This document shows, in pieces, positions 1 to 14,423 of a stretch of DNA of 64,000 nt (its first letter is position 1; each line of letters starts with the position of its first letter). Source of the stretch: Eledone cirrhosa. Its lineage: Eukaryota. Location: assembly GCA_964016885.1 (NCBI GenBank), contig OZ024743.1, positions 14,508,001 through 14,572,000 on the forward strand, read 5' to 3'. A model generated the notes under the pieces. It made no database searches. It saw only the letters and a list, made by a program, of their open reading frames with translations, and was not told the origin of the DNA. The position numbers and the translations under genes were made by a program.

Positions 1-303
1 TGTATTGCTATATATATATCTATATATTATTTTTCTTGCCCTTCTTTTCCTATGTATATTTCCCGTTATTTTTCCAGCCTCACTTCCAATTTTTAACTGA
101 TTTTAAATCACATTTCAAATCTTTCATCCATAACATCTCTTTCTGACGACAGATTCAGAGGTATATTATTATTGTCTGGTATGCAGAAATCTTTGGTAAT
201 GGATTAGTTATATTTTGTATTGTTCACTTTCTAATTAAATAGCTCTGTTCTCCACATAGCACTCTTTTTTCCTTTGCTTTTCCTTCGGAATTACCTAACA
301 CAT

Positions 304-359
<56 letters not shown>

Positions 360-676
360 GGGTGGGGTCTACATATATATGACTGTATGTGCGCGTGCTT
401 TCTCAAATTGCTATTCCTTTCCCTCCTTTGCTCAGCTTCTATATTCCTACTTACACTTTTCTTTCTCATTCTACTTTGTCATATGAGTCCGAAATGTAAC
501 GACACATTTCTTAAAGTATCAAGCGTTAAACGAATACGTTACTTCAGTTTGGTGTGTTTGTTTGTTTTACTATTTCTTTGTAATTTTCATATATACACAC
601 ATCATCATCATCATAGAATATGTATATATTTATAGGTGGATTTACGATCCGAATCGCACAATTTAAAATGCTTTAG

Positions 677-730
<54 letters not shown>

Positions 731-797
731 TAATATATTTAGAGTCATTTACAATTAATTAGCTCAAAGAAAGAAGCATTTCTAAGCCGTGAAATAT

Positions 798-1478
798 AAG
801 TTAATATAAATTAATATATGATAAACACCTAAGTGTTTGTATTGTAAAACACGAAGTTAGCTAGAATGAAATAAACTAATTCAAATAATTCAAATAAATA
901 TAGCTTGCCTGTATCGATTTAAAATAATAAATCAATATACACAAACTCATATTGGCAAATAGCCGTGGTACTTCATCTCGAAGTGGTTACTTCACCTCGA
1001 AAAAATGTTGTGGTTACTTCACCTCGAAAAGATTTTGCCTCGAAAAAATTTTGAAGGTCTGGTTTACGAGCACAAAACGCACGAGGTTTTGCACTCCGTT
1101 TTGTGCACTCGGTTTTGTGCTCGTAAACCAGACCTTCAAAATTTTTTCGAGGTGAAGTAACCTAATTTTTCTGGGTACCTGTTGATAAGCACAGAAGATC
1201 GATTATTTCACTTTTTATACCATCGTTTGCGAAACTTGTTTGGATTTTGAAGTTCAGATTGATCTGCGGAAAAGGTTTGAATTTTGAAATTTAAATTTGT
1301 CCAGGTACCACGGCTATTTACCAGTATGAGTTTGTGTATATTGATTTATTATTTTACATCGATACAGGCAAGCTATATTTATTTGAATTATTTGAATTAG
1401 TTTATTTCATTCTAGCTAACTTCGTCTTTTACAATACAAACACTTAGGTGTTTATCATATATTAATTTATATTAACTT
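798..1478. repeat. Inverted-repeat element, family C (arms ~798-971 / ~1305-1478; inner hairpin ~1039-1152), between (TA)n tracts
   Basis: aagttaatataaattaatat...agccgtggtac is the near-exact reverse complement of gtaccacggct...attaactt. The same family recurs at 5877-6105 and 10131-11402. Confidence 0.85.
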
Positions 1479-1954
1479 GTATATATATATATATATATAT
1501 ATGCATGCATCTACATACACATGTACACGCATTTATGTGGACACACACATACACATGTGTGTATGTGTGTATAGACACACACACTCACATGTATGTGTGT
1601 ATGTGTGTGTGTGTTTCTGTGTGTGTGTGTATGTGTGTGTGCGCGCGCGCGCGCGCGTGTGTGTGTGTCTATTCACAGTATTAAAAAGTGGCAGTAAATT
1701 TTACAGCAATATTTCTTAATATTGAAGTCGTTCTAATGATTGTTAAATTATTACCAATTTTAATATTATTTTAACTTAATTAGTATCATTAGATTTGTAA
1801 GTTCTAACTTGATTCCTATAATGTTTATTTATGTCAAGTTTTAAGAGCCAAATTAAATACTATATAGTATTTGTATTATAATCTGTATGTTTACTCCTCG
1901 ACAATTGTTATTGTTTTCCTGTTTAAATATAAATTTGCTTACGTTTTTAATTCG

Positions 1955-2118
<164 letters not shown>

Positions 2119-2119
2119 G

Positions 2120-2306
2120 CGAGGGAAAAGTGGTAAGGAACCAGGTGGACCAAAACGCACCAAAGTACTCAATACTTAGGGTAGTAGAGTGGGTAATAGG
2201 ACTAAGTAAGACCCCGACGGCTGAGCTCAAGCCGTTTCGACGGCTAATTCTGTACTGAATTAGCCGTCGAAACGGCTTGAGCTCAGCCGTCGGGGTCTTA
2301 CTTACT

Positions 2307-2310
<4 letters not shown>
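2120..2310. repeat. Family E short element with a perfect 48-bp-arm palindrome (2203-2250 / 2257-2304)
   Basis: taagtaagaccccgacggctgagctcaagccgtttcgacggctaattc-tgtact-reverse complement. Flanked by (TA)n; homologous to 9440-9540 and 57858-58012. Confidence 0.85.
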
Positions 2311-2375
<65 letters not shown>

Positions 2376-2426
2376 GAAAAAGTGGAAAATAAAATGATCA
2401 ACAGTACAAAAAAGGGGATTTATTTG

Positions 2427-2537
2427 CAGACTAACAATTGTTTCACTGATAGAGTTGTCTAAAAATTGCTGAACACTAAAAGCAGTGCCACTCAATTTTT
2501 AATACGATGTTAACTTTATTAGATCTTCGGAAACTGT
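2427..2537 (-). ncRNA. Degenerate hammerhead-like motif with long stem II (family B)
   Basis: Minus strand reads CAGTTT-CCGAAGA-TCTAATAAAGTT...AACTCTATCAGT-GAAAC-AATT-GTT-AGTCTG; pairing is imperfect. Confidence 0.35.
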
Positions 2538-2631
2538 TAAAAAATATATATATGTATCCGGCAAAGTTACTATCCATAATAAGAAGTATTCACAACCTCT
2601 AATTGGATTATCTATAACAATATTTTGTTAT

Positions 2632-2718
<87 letters not shown>

Positions 2719-3057
2719 ATAACTATTGATGTTGATTTGGTAATCAATATTAATATTATTGGGCACCAACTGAAAAATTATAAGAGCCCACTTGTGTAAG
2801 TATCTGTTGATCTGATACAAGCTTCTACATAATTTGGTATAATTTCACCCAACTTGTAGAAATCTTATAATCAAACGAGTCGTCTGGGAAGTGATATATT
2901 TGATATATCTCATATGAAATGATACAGCCAATTCTCCACACAATACAATATAGTTAGTAGTCCGAACGTTTAATTAGGAATATACTCAGATATTTCCTAA
3001 GGTTTGTTGAATGTTTGTTAGAATTTGGCCGGAGTATCGCTATTAGCTTTCTCCGTT

Positions 3058-3126
<69 letters not shown>

Positions 3127-5424
3127 GAAATCTAAATCTAAATAATTTGAAAAGCCATACAATGCATTAAAGGTGTCAAGATAACGACCTTAGCAAATTT
3201 AATTATCCCAAATATTTTGGGGTTTATATTTTCACGGGAGTATTCCTGTGAAGGTCTTAAAGGATCGGTCGGAGATTAGTTGTTTTTAGGAAGGCAGATT
3301 TAATTTAAATCTGATTTATATATGTATATATATATATATATACATATATAGTAGCATATGTTCAGTATAAACTATGAAGAGTGACACTAATAAAGTGCTT
3401 GAATGAATGATGGTTACAATAATCCCTCAGCTAATTATGCTCTGGTTACACATTTCCTACATCAATAATCCACGTACAATATCACTCTCTTGTGTAGAAA
3501 GCCGGATGTTATTAGAATAATGACTTCGCTAGGAGCAGGAACTTGAAGCATTGAAACTACATCTGCTTCATTAAATATATGGCATCTAATGGCAGTATAA
3601 TACAAATTATATTCAATAATCACGTATCAGTGGAAAGGACAACAAAACACTCAATGAAAAAACAATATAGACACATTCAAAGCAATCGGATGTGTAGGCT
3701 ACTTTACGATTTTTAGTTCTAAGGAATCCACTCATGAATTGATATACGCCCTAACATCTTTGCCGGAGTCGCCCTAAAAGTACAAAAAAAGGCATTGCTA
3801 ATCGATACATTGCATTTGTACATGATATACGATAATATCTATGTATAACTTACTCTTAAGAATGTCAACTCTGCGAAACTAAGATACTAATATATAGGTT
3901 TTGCCTCACTTCCATATCAGAATTGGGACTTTCATATGCGTACTTCCACTCTGCACTTTAATATTTAGCTCCATAATATTTGCAATTAGAACACCCTGCA
4001 TTGCGATTAAACGTAAAAAAAGATATCAAACGTCCGTCACAATTCTGCATGCAAAACACCGAATCTTATTAAATTAAAAATAGTCAAAAACAGATAAGAC
4101 CATTTGGTTTACCTCAACTAAACTAAAACCCTGTCCCTACAGAACTACATTATATCACCATCATATTGCACGCTATATCATTGTACCAGAAGTATACCTT
4201 ACATGGGCTTAACGGAGCAGATTTTGAAATGATTTCATACAAACATGTCTTCTCATTCACGAACAAGAAGTAGAGCAGTTCTCGGTACGCTTATGCTCAT
4301 TAAAGAAAGAGCAGAGACACGGCTGTGCGAAAGCTTTTAAGCAAATTAGAACTTAAAACACTTGCAGCACTGAGAATATGACCAAAGTGCACCATATCAG
4401 TCCAACAAACTATTAAACAATAAAGCAATTGTATCTTGTTAAAGCCAATAGAATTACCATTTCAAATCTAAGATTATAAGCATACATCATGTTCCCATAC
4501 ACATTTCCCACACACATTCTTTGTCGACATCCAGAACTGAGTTCCATCCATGCATCCATACGCATACGGTGCAAGATGTTGGTATTTGTAACACATTTTT
4601 ATCGGTGTGATACTGTCACAAGCGTGAACTCTGGACTTTCAAATTTTGCAACCTTGTTCCTCTCTAACGCTATAATTTCTAATTCATTATTTGGAAGTCA
4701 TGATGTGTGTGATCATTTGTACTCCTACCGTTCTGTCTTTTTCTTCTATCATAATTCTACTACTAATTTCAAGATTTGTGAATTTTGCATGCTGTGTTTT
4801 GCAGCTCAAGATTTACCCCTTTAAAAACTATCAATTTTAAATTTTAGCATTTCATTCTTCGGCGCCTCCTGATTTATATTCGCATGTTTCTATTGTTATA
4901 TATTTCAATTTTCAAGCCCTTTGTAATTTAATAGTCTGCGTACATTGAAAGTTTTCTATTTCATGTCTTGTATTACGTTACTTGCATGTCGTGATTATAT
5001 TTACATATTCCTATATTTCTCTGTTTCCAAAACTTCAAACGTTGAAAATTCTAAGAATGCTACCACATATATTCCACATTTATTTAACCAAGCATGTTTT
5101 TACTGTTTTCCTCAATTCCTGTATTTATGTATTTGTGTATATACGTATAACGTATGTTAATAATTGTATGCATGGCCTCTGCACAAATTTCCTGAATTTG
5201 ATGCATATGTCTGCACATGTAATATTGTAAATATCCGATCATTTGAAAGTTTTCATGTATGGGTGTATATATATATATGGGAGGTTGTTTCGTGTGTGTG
5301 TGTTTTGTATATATATACACATATTATATAGAATATTATATATATATATATTATATATATATATATATGTATATATATTATATTATACATATATATGTTA
5401 TATAAATATATATATATATATATA

Positions 5425-5849
5425 TGGAAAGTTATATTTAAATTGTTGGGTTACAACGAGTAAATATTTATAACTGATATAAAAGCACTCAACAAGTATT
5501 TGGAGTATATTTACGATATTAAATAAATGGAAATTATATTTATAAAACCATATTTATTTCATTATATATATTTAAGGGATATCATATTAAAAATATGTTA
5601 TGCCTTCTTCAGACAAAATACAATATAAACAGTCTTATAAATAGATAGATTCGACATACCTTTCAACATCGACAACTTTTCAAATACAAGTCGATGTTGA
5701 AAGGTATGTCGAATCTATCTATTTATAAGACTGTTTATATTGTATTTTGTCTAAAGAAGGCATAACATATTTTTAATATGATATCCCTGAAATATATATA
5801 ATGAAATAAATATGGTTTTATAAATATAATTTCCATTTATTTAATATCG

Positions 5850-5850
<1 letters not shown>
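5425..5850. mobile_element. Family A hammerhead-bearing element forming a ~160-bp-arm palindrome (5513-5673 / 5690-5850); Penelope pLTR- or retrozyme-like
   Basis: Near-perfect inverted arms, flanked by (TA)n. Each arm holds a hammerhead with one core mutation: GAAA>TAAA at 5556-5619 (minus) and CTGA>CTAA at 5744-5807 (plus). Confidence 0.75.
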
Positions 5851-5876
<26 letters not shown>

Positions 5877-5882
<6 letters not shown>

Positions 5883-6105
5883 TTAAAAAATAATTAAAAA
5901 AAATAAATGATCAACACTACTGTGTTTTTTTTGCAAAATGACAATAATTTTTTAGCCAGATAGAAATACCTTAATTAAGGTATTTCTATCTGGCTAAAAA
6001 ATTATTGTCATTTTGCAAAAAAAACACAGTAGTGTTGATCATATATTTTTTTTAATTATTTTTTAAATTATTATGTAATGCTCAGAAGTATTTTCTTAGA
6101 GCTTA
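5877..6105. repeat. Near-perfect ~196-bp palindrome (5877-6072) centred on ttaattaa at 5971-5978; related to family C
   Basis: The arms are reverse complements. The tail gctcagaagtattttcttagagct resembles the family C end at 11329-11355. Confidence 0.8.
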
Positions 6106-6132
6106 ATATTTGTAACTGACTACTAAACTGAA

Positions 6133-6382
<250 letters not shown>

Positions 6383-6570
6383 TGTTGCAACTTCTGCCTT
6401 AAATTCACATCCGTACATAAAAATAATAAATACGCATATAAATATAATATGCACATACGGAAGAACTTCTATTTAGGTGAGCATACGCATACATGCATAT
6501 AACATTTCATATGTATATATATGCCATGTTTCCATACGTCAAACCTATTTGTAAAACTGTTATATATTGT

Positions 6571-6633
6571 ATTTTATCTGATGAAGGCATACCATAATTT
6601 AATGTGGTATCCCTGAAATATGTATAATGAAAT
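6571..6633 (+). ncRNA. Minimal type-I hammerhead ribozyme (family A), canonical core
   Basis: Stem I ATTTTAT/ATGAAAT; core CTGATGA (6578-6584); stem II AGG-c-ATACCATA...TGTGGTAT-c-CCT; GAAA (6615-6618); short near-palindromic stem III TATGTA; AUA cleavage triplet. Confidence 0.7.
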
Positions 6634-6674
6634 AAATATGGTTTTATAAATATAGTTTCCATTTATTAATATCG

Positions 6675-6714
<40 letters not shown>

Positions 6715-6736
6715 TAGATAGAGAGAGAGAGAGAGC

Positions 6737-7070
6737 ATACTCCGAAGAACTGACTGGTTATAATTTTGTATTGGCGATCGAGTAACGTGAAAACAAGCGA
6801 ATAGCGATCTCTAGACCTACCAGTTCAGAGAAACAATTGTCAGCAATGAGATTAAAAACCTTTTTTGTATAGCAAACCATGTCAATCTTCTTTCCTGATT
6901 TATTATTACTCCAAGTGTTTACAACATAGGAATTACAGCATACTCGCAACATCACTATGAAAACGCCTTGTTGAGTCAAACCAAGCCAAGCGTTGATATC
7001 ATCCACTACCCGGAATACCATAACTGGACTACACCTAAGTGGACTGCATATAACTATTATTTGTTACCCC
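6737..7070 (+). mobile_element. Family B repeat with a long-stem-II hammerhead-like motif (6737-6844)
   Basis: ATACT-CCGAAGA-aCTGACTGGT...ACCAGtTCAGa-GAAAC-AATT-GTC-AG; homologous to 8130-8455. Confidence 0.5.
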
Positions 7071-7089
7071 GTATATATATATATAAGCG

Positions 7090-7496
7090 AAAGGGATATT
7101 TATTTAATTATTTTGTTGGTAATTCAACAAATATAAATGTTTATAACCGATTCGAAGCATTCGATATGTTTCTGGGGTATAATATTCAATGATATTAAAT
7201 ACATGGAAACTATATTTATCAAACCTTATTTATTCTATTACATATATTTCAAGGTTACCAAAACTTTGGTACGCTCTCATCAGATAAAAGAGAAAATTTA
7301 TTTTATAAATATTGATATATCCAGGAAGATCTTAACGGTTTAAGTTTACCCAGGAAAAACTTGATAGGTTAAGATCTGAATATGTCAATATTTATTAAAC
7401 AAATTGTGTATTTTATCTAAAATGTGGTACCCTTGAAATATATATAATAGAATAAATATGGTTTTATAATATAGTTTCCATTTATCTAATATCATT

Positions 7497-7497
<1 letters not shown>
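7090..7497. mobile_element. Family A element: minus-strand copy followed by an inverted, internally deleted copy
   Basis: Homologous to 5425-5850, with the same terminal motif tttccattta..aatatc followed by (TA)n. Confidence 0.7.
7233..7289 (-). ncRNA. Minimal type-I hammerhead ribozyme (family A)
   Basis: Minus strand reads TTTTAT-CTGATGA-GAGcgTACCAAAgTTTTGGTAaCCTT-GAAA-TATAT-GTA-ATAGAA; the stem II sequence differs from the 6571 copy but pairing is kept. Confidence 0.65.
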
Positions 7498-7712
<215 letters not shown>

Positions 7713-8129
7713 CAAATGACCTGTCAACCTATAAATAGTATACATCAATTAATCTATATTTTACTGTCTTCTATTTTACCGGACCCTCCACACAAAGTTA
7801 TCTACTTCTAAAATATAGCCGCTCATGTTAGCACCAAGGAACACTATATTAAGAACTACTAAAGTCTAACTCTAAGTACAATATATCACTCTTTCATTTC
7901 GTTTATTTCTTTGTATTTTCCTATTATTATTATTATTCTTTAATGTACCCTACATTACATCTTACTTGTCACTTTTTACATCTGTAACTTCTCTCTCTAT
8001 TTACCATACATGTTTTACTATTGATGTTATTGTTTTAATTATACGCTGTTCTATTATTGAGTTTATTGTTTTGTTTTACGCTACTCCTCTATATAAGTCT
8101 TGCCTCGAGTGAATTATGTTCATATCTAC

Positions 8130-8455
8130 GTGCTCTGGTGTGTTGACAAGTTGTAAACAATGTATTGGAGATCGATTGATGCAACCTCAGGCGATTAGCG
8201 AACTCTAGACACACCTGATCGACGAAACAATTGTCAGTACTTTAAATAAAGCCCTTATTATACAGCCAATCATGTTACTCTTCTTTCTTTAACTTTTATT
8301 ACTCCAAGTATAACCTGCATAGAAATTACTGCAAACTCGCTGCATAACTGGGAAAACATCTTGTTGAGTCAAACAAAGCCGTACGTAAAAACTATCCACG
8401 ACGTAGAGTACACTAACCGGATTACCTCCAACTGGATTACCTATAACGATAACTA
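8130..8455 (+). mobile_element. Family B repeat with a degenerate long-stem-II hammerhead (8130-8240)
   Basis: GTGCT-CTGGTGT-GTTGA...TCGAC-GAAAC-AATT-GTC-AGTAC. Stems I and II pair but the core is mutated; downstream sequence aligns with 6845-7060. Confidence 0.5.
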
Positions 8456-9389
<934 letters not shown>

Positions 9390-9439
9390 CTATATATATA
9401 TATATATATAACTATATATATATATATAACTATATATAA

Positions 9440-9540
9440 CGAAGGAAATGTGGTAAGGAACCAGGTGGACCATAACGCACCAAAGTACTCAATACTTGAG
9501 GTAGTAGAGTGGGTAATGGGGGTCTTACTGGTTCCTATAA
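9440..9540. repeat. Family E fragment inside (TA)n
   Basis: gtggtaaggaaccaggtggacca...gtagtagagtgggtaat matches 2130-2197. Confidence 0.8.
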
Positions 9541-9561
9541 CTATATATATATATATTTATA

Positions 9562-9614
<53 letters not shown>

Positions 9615-9637
9615 CTATATATATATATATATATATA

Positions 9638-9717
<80 letters not shown>

Positions 9718-9731
9718 ACTATATATATATA

Positions 9732-9789
<58 letters not shown>

Positions 9790-10064
9790 ATATTATCAAA
9801 TGGAAACTATATTTATTAAACCATATTTATGTCATTATACATATTTCAAGGATACCAAGTCAAATTATATTGCGCTTTCATCAGATAAAATATAATATAG
9901 ATCAGTTTTATAAATAAATATTGACATACCCTTAAAGAATGCGACCATATCTGTTGGAAGATGTGTTAATATATCGTATTTTCACTCCAATACTTTGTTG
10001 AGTGCTTTATATCAGTTATAAAAATATTTGCTTGTTGTATCCCAATAAATTAAATGTAACTTCT

Positions 10065-10066
<2 letters not shown>
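9790..10066. mobile_element. Family A element with a minus-strand hammerhead (9830-9891) plus an inverted tail segment
   Basis: Minus strand reads ATTTTAT-CTGATGA-AAG...CTT-GAAA-TATGT-ATA-ATGAC; 9966-10066 is the reverse complement of the tail seen at 5425-5520. Confidence 0.65.
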
Positions 10067-10130
<64 letters not shown>

Positions 10131-10133
<3 letters not shown>

Positions 10134-11402
10134 AGTTAATATAAATTAATATAATTGATCAACACAAATACCAACATATCCGTGTTTGTATTGTAAATGA
10201 CTAAGTTAGCTAGATTGAAAAATACTAATTATAATAATACAGTTTGCCTGTCTCGATTTAAAATAATAAATCAATAAAAACAAAGCATATTGGCAAATGT
10301 CCGTGGTGCTTGGACAAATTTAAATTTCAAAATCAAACCTGTTCCGTAGACAGGTTTAAACCTTAAAATCCAAATAAGTTTCGAAAAATGAAAAAGTGAA
10401 AAAATACCGCATTTAGATCTCCTTAGCAAGCACCTGAAAACATTGGTATGTTTCACTTCAAAATATTTAAAAAGACTGTTTAACGCACATGGTTTTTCGC
10501 ACATGGTTATCCAGTGTCTAGCTGCAGCATACTCGTGCTGCTAGAAATAACAGCCGTTTATATGGGGCTAAAGTTAGCTCTACATAAGGAGCAGTGATAC
10601 TATTAATAATGAGTTCAAAACTCAGGCAGTCCTTTACAATGAAATAGCTCAAAGAAAGAAGTATTTCTGAGCCGTGTAATACAAGTTAATATAAATTAAT
10701 ATATTTGATAAACACAAATACCAACATATCCTTGTTTGTATTGTAAATGACTAAGTTAGCTAGATTGAAAAATACAAATTATAATAGTACAGTTTGCCTG
10801 TCTCAATTTAAAATAATAAATCAATAAAAACAAAGCATATTGGCAAATGGCCATGGTGCTTGGACAAATTTAAATTTCAAAATCAAACCTGTTCCGTAGA
10901 CAGGTTTAAACCTTTAAATCCAAATAAGTCCGAAAAATGAAAAAGTGAAAAAATACCGCATTTAGATCTCCTTAGCAAGCACCAGAAAACATTGGTATGT
11001 TTCACTTCAAAATATTTAAAAAGACTGTTTAACGCACATGGTTTTTCACACATCCAGTATCTAGCTGCCGCATACTCGTGCTGCTAGAAATAACAGCCGT
11101 TTATATGGGGCTAAACTTAGCTCTACATAAGGAGCAGTGATACTATTAATCATTTGTCAATATGCTTTTTTTCTTATTGATTTATCATTTTAAATCGAGA
11201 CAGGCAAACTGTATTATTATAATTAGTATTTTTCAATCTAGCTAACTTAGTCATTTACAATACAAACACGGATATGTTGGTATTTGTGTTTATCAAATAT
11301 ATTAATTTATATTAACTTGTATTACACGGCTCAGAAATACTTCTTTCTTTGAGCTATTTCATTGTAAAGGACTGCCTGAGTTTTGAACTCATTATTAATA
11401 GT
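10131..11402. repeat. Family C: ~550-bp unit in tandem (10131-10680, 10681-11150) plus an inverted 250-bp copy (11152-11402)
   Basis: Direct and inverted copies are visible; both ends abut (TA)n. Confidence 0.9.
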
Positions 11403-11439
11403 ATATATATATATATATATTTACATTATCAACACGTGT

Positions 11440-12830
11440 TAAATTTTGAACAAACAGATTCTGCTTTTACCCGTACACTGAAACTGAGATGACTTAAACT
11501 CACCTTTTTGCAAATGAACTGGGAAAACAGAACGTTCTTCTCCACCCTCACCTTCCTTTCTAAGTGAAAGAGATTATGAGTGATGGATCGAAGAGAAAAG
11601 TGTCTGTTTTCAGACCTTTAAGCCTCGTCCAGCACACAATCTCTTTTGTTACAACTAGTAGGCCGAGGAAAACTGCCTACCCTTCTCGGCCAAAAGAAGG
11701 TGGATGGGCGATCATCACCCTGGACTCGGTTGGTAGCCAGAGCGATCCCACACGTGATAACTGCAGTTTCACATAACTCCACGACTCGGTAATACAGTGA
11801 CACTTGAGAGCGTACAGAACAATTTCGTTGGCCTGCGCGTATCTCGGACAGGTCTGTCAGACTGAATATTCGGGGGTGTAGAATTTATCCATCGTCCTCG
11901 GCAGGAAAATACTTCGGAACAAACTGGTCAGTTCGATCGCTTGACCCCTAGGACTTCTCTGATAGGGTCGTCGCACTTGCGCACCACATATCCTCTATAG
12001 AACTCTAGAGTGAAAATTCAAATGACCGCATTGCTCGATTGATAGGGGGAAGTGAACGCCTGCTAATATCCCACATGCCAGGCGCCAGTCCTGGTCATTT
12101 CTTCACACAGAGCTTCAGCTCAGTCAAAGAGACAAGTTGCGTAAAGGCCTATCACAAAATCGACGACCACACCTGTTCATCGTTTAAGAATAATTGAAAA
12201 TGCCAGCGTCTCAGGGCATCATCAGCAAAGGCATAACCGCGTCTTCGCCTAGAGGGTGTTGACAGCAGATGGACCGCCTCGTCAATGAAACCTCGCCCTT
12301 TCTGAGGTGTTCCACACAATCACGGTCATATCATCAGCATATGCCGACACATCCCTTCCCCATCGGTAGTAAAAGATCGAGAATCAATGCGTATGGTATG
12401 GAAGATAGAGGACACACTTCACGGACCAATGGCGTGATCTGAAACGGTTCCTAAAGGTGGCCAATCACTTTCACCACCGAACTGATGCCGTTATGCGTTG
12501 CAGTGGACCCGTTTCTGAAGAAATACCTGAAGCCAGATGCAATAAGGATAGCCTCCATAAATCGATCGTCGAACCTATCGAAATCTGTCAATTGATCTAA
12601 ATTGAACATAGCTCCACCGAAGCCACATGTACTTCCTTCCATCTCTATGATGTCTCGCAAGAGGTGGTAGTTGTGTACGGACCTCTTCGGGATTGCGCAG
12701 CTTTGCGACCCCTCTTACTAAACTCGACGGGGTAGGCCATCAAAGTGGGAACCGCCACAAGCTCCGATTCCCTACAATGAACAGATCAGAGAACAAACAA
12801 GATCATGTTTCGGCTGGTATTTTCCACTTG
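11440..12830 (-). pseudogene. Decayed, internally deleted Tx1-clade ORF2 fragment
   Basis: MRDIIE..GGAMFNLDQLTDFDRFDDRF (12451-12660) and PPSFGREG*AVFLGLLVVTKEIVCWTRLKGLKT align with ORF2 at 26861-30280. Confidence 0.8.
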
Positions 12831-13895
12831 CAGCATGGCCAGGCACATTATGCACTCAATGCTAAAACAAGACTTTATTTTTGTTTCCACTGCTATTCCC
12901 AATGACGGTTACTGCGGCTGTATTAATGCCATAGTCGGTTACTGACATGCTGTTAGGCTCAGTGTCTGAATCTGTGGTGGATCAATTGGTGGCGATGGTG
13001 ATTTCTTTTCAATTTTGATTTTTGTAATTGCTGTGGTTCTTATTCTCACGGCACTCTTACTGTTGTAGATGGTGTTGTTGTGGTGGAGTTGGTGGTAGTT
13101 GTGCTGACGATGTTGGGAGTGACATTGTTCTCACTTTTACACAGGTTTGGAAACTCAGTGCCATGTGTTATAATGTGTTATAATGAAAACTGCATCGTGG
13201 TACTGGAAGAGAACAACCTTACCCGTGGCGTCTGTGTCTTCCACCTTATGTTAGCTCAGCAAAAATCGTTATGTTACGCTGCCTGTAAAATACTTACGCA
13301 CATAAACAACCAAAACATTAACTATGTCTATTATATATATATATATTCATATGGGTGTAACAGTCATATATTATTGTCATCTTTAAAAAGTCTATGTTGC
13401 GTTGTCTCAATGATGAAGAACATACAGAAACACACACACACACACACATTTGTTACACACTTATTGACAGGCCTGTACTTACAAAATCCTCGTTTAAAAA
13501 CAAAACAATTTAGTCACTATGGTAATAAGACTCTTCACTTATCTGTCTATCATTTACACACACACGCGCACTCTCTCTCTCTCTCTCCCCCTCTCTCTCT
13601 CTCATTGTATGTTTTTATCAATAATAACACAACCAACAACAATACCCTGTCATTGTAGTGAAAGTATGTTTGTAAAGTCTGTATTGCAGTGACTATATGT
13701 TGCATGAAAGATACATACACACACACACATAGCCCCCCCCCCCACCTCCACACACACACACACACATAGAACTATACATGCACACATACATAAAATATAT
13801 GTATTTTATATACATGTATATAGAAGTTAGTGTGACGGACGGACAGACATAGAAACCACTCTGCTTTTATAATAGAGATTATTATCATTGTTATT

Positions 13896-14110
13896 GGTTG
13901 ATTGGCAGTATCGGTAGGGGCTCTGGCGCCAAGCTTTGCAGCAAAATGTTACGGCCCTTTATGGTCTGAGTACAAATCCCACCGAGGTTAACTTTGCCTT
14001 TCATCCTTACGAGGTCGATACAATAAATTACCAGTCATGCATGGGGTCGATTTAATCGGCTTTCCCTTCCCCAAAAATTGCTTGCCTTGTGCCTATATAA
14101 GAGACCATTA
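13896..14110 (+). mobile_element. tRNA-derived SINE (variant copy)
   Basis: A-box-like TGGCAGTATCGG, degenerate B-box GTACAAATCC, core actttgcctttcatccttacgaggtcgata. Confidence 0.8.
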
Positions 14111-14423
14111 TTGCTGATGCTTTTGTTGTTGTTGTTGTTGTTGATGTTCTTGTTTAAAGGAACACCAGTAGTAAAACAAGACTGAATTTTAAAATCATCT
14201 TCGCCGTCACACTTACCTCTCATCAATTGCAATGATGTCTGGCGAGTACAAAAGGGTAATTTTTCCACAAGTTAATGTGATTGCTATGCAAAATAGATGG
14301 ACGTTATACACAAATAATAACAACAACAGCAACACCAACAACAACAGCAACCACAACAACAATAATAATAATGATAAAAAATAATGATGATAATAATAAT
14401 AATAATTATTATTATTATTACAG

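Noticed and set aside
140-205. CTGACGA...GAAA possible hammerhead
   Set aside because: Stems I-III could not be paired convincingly.
13080-13658. 192-aa ORF
   Set aside because: Non-ATG start, crosses simple repeats, no domain motifs.
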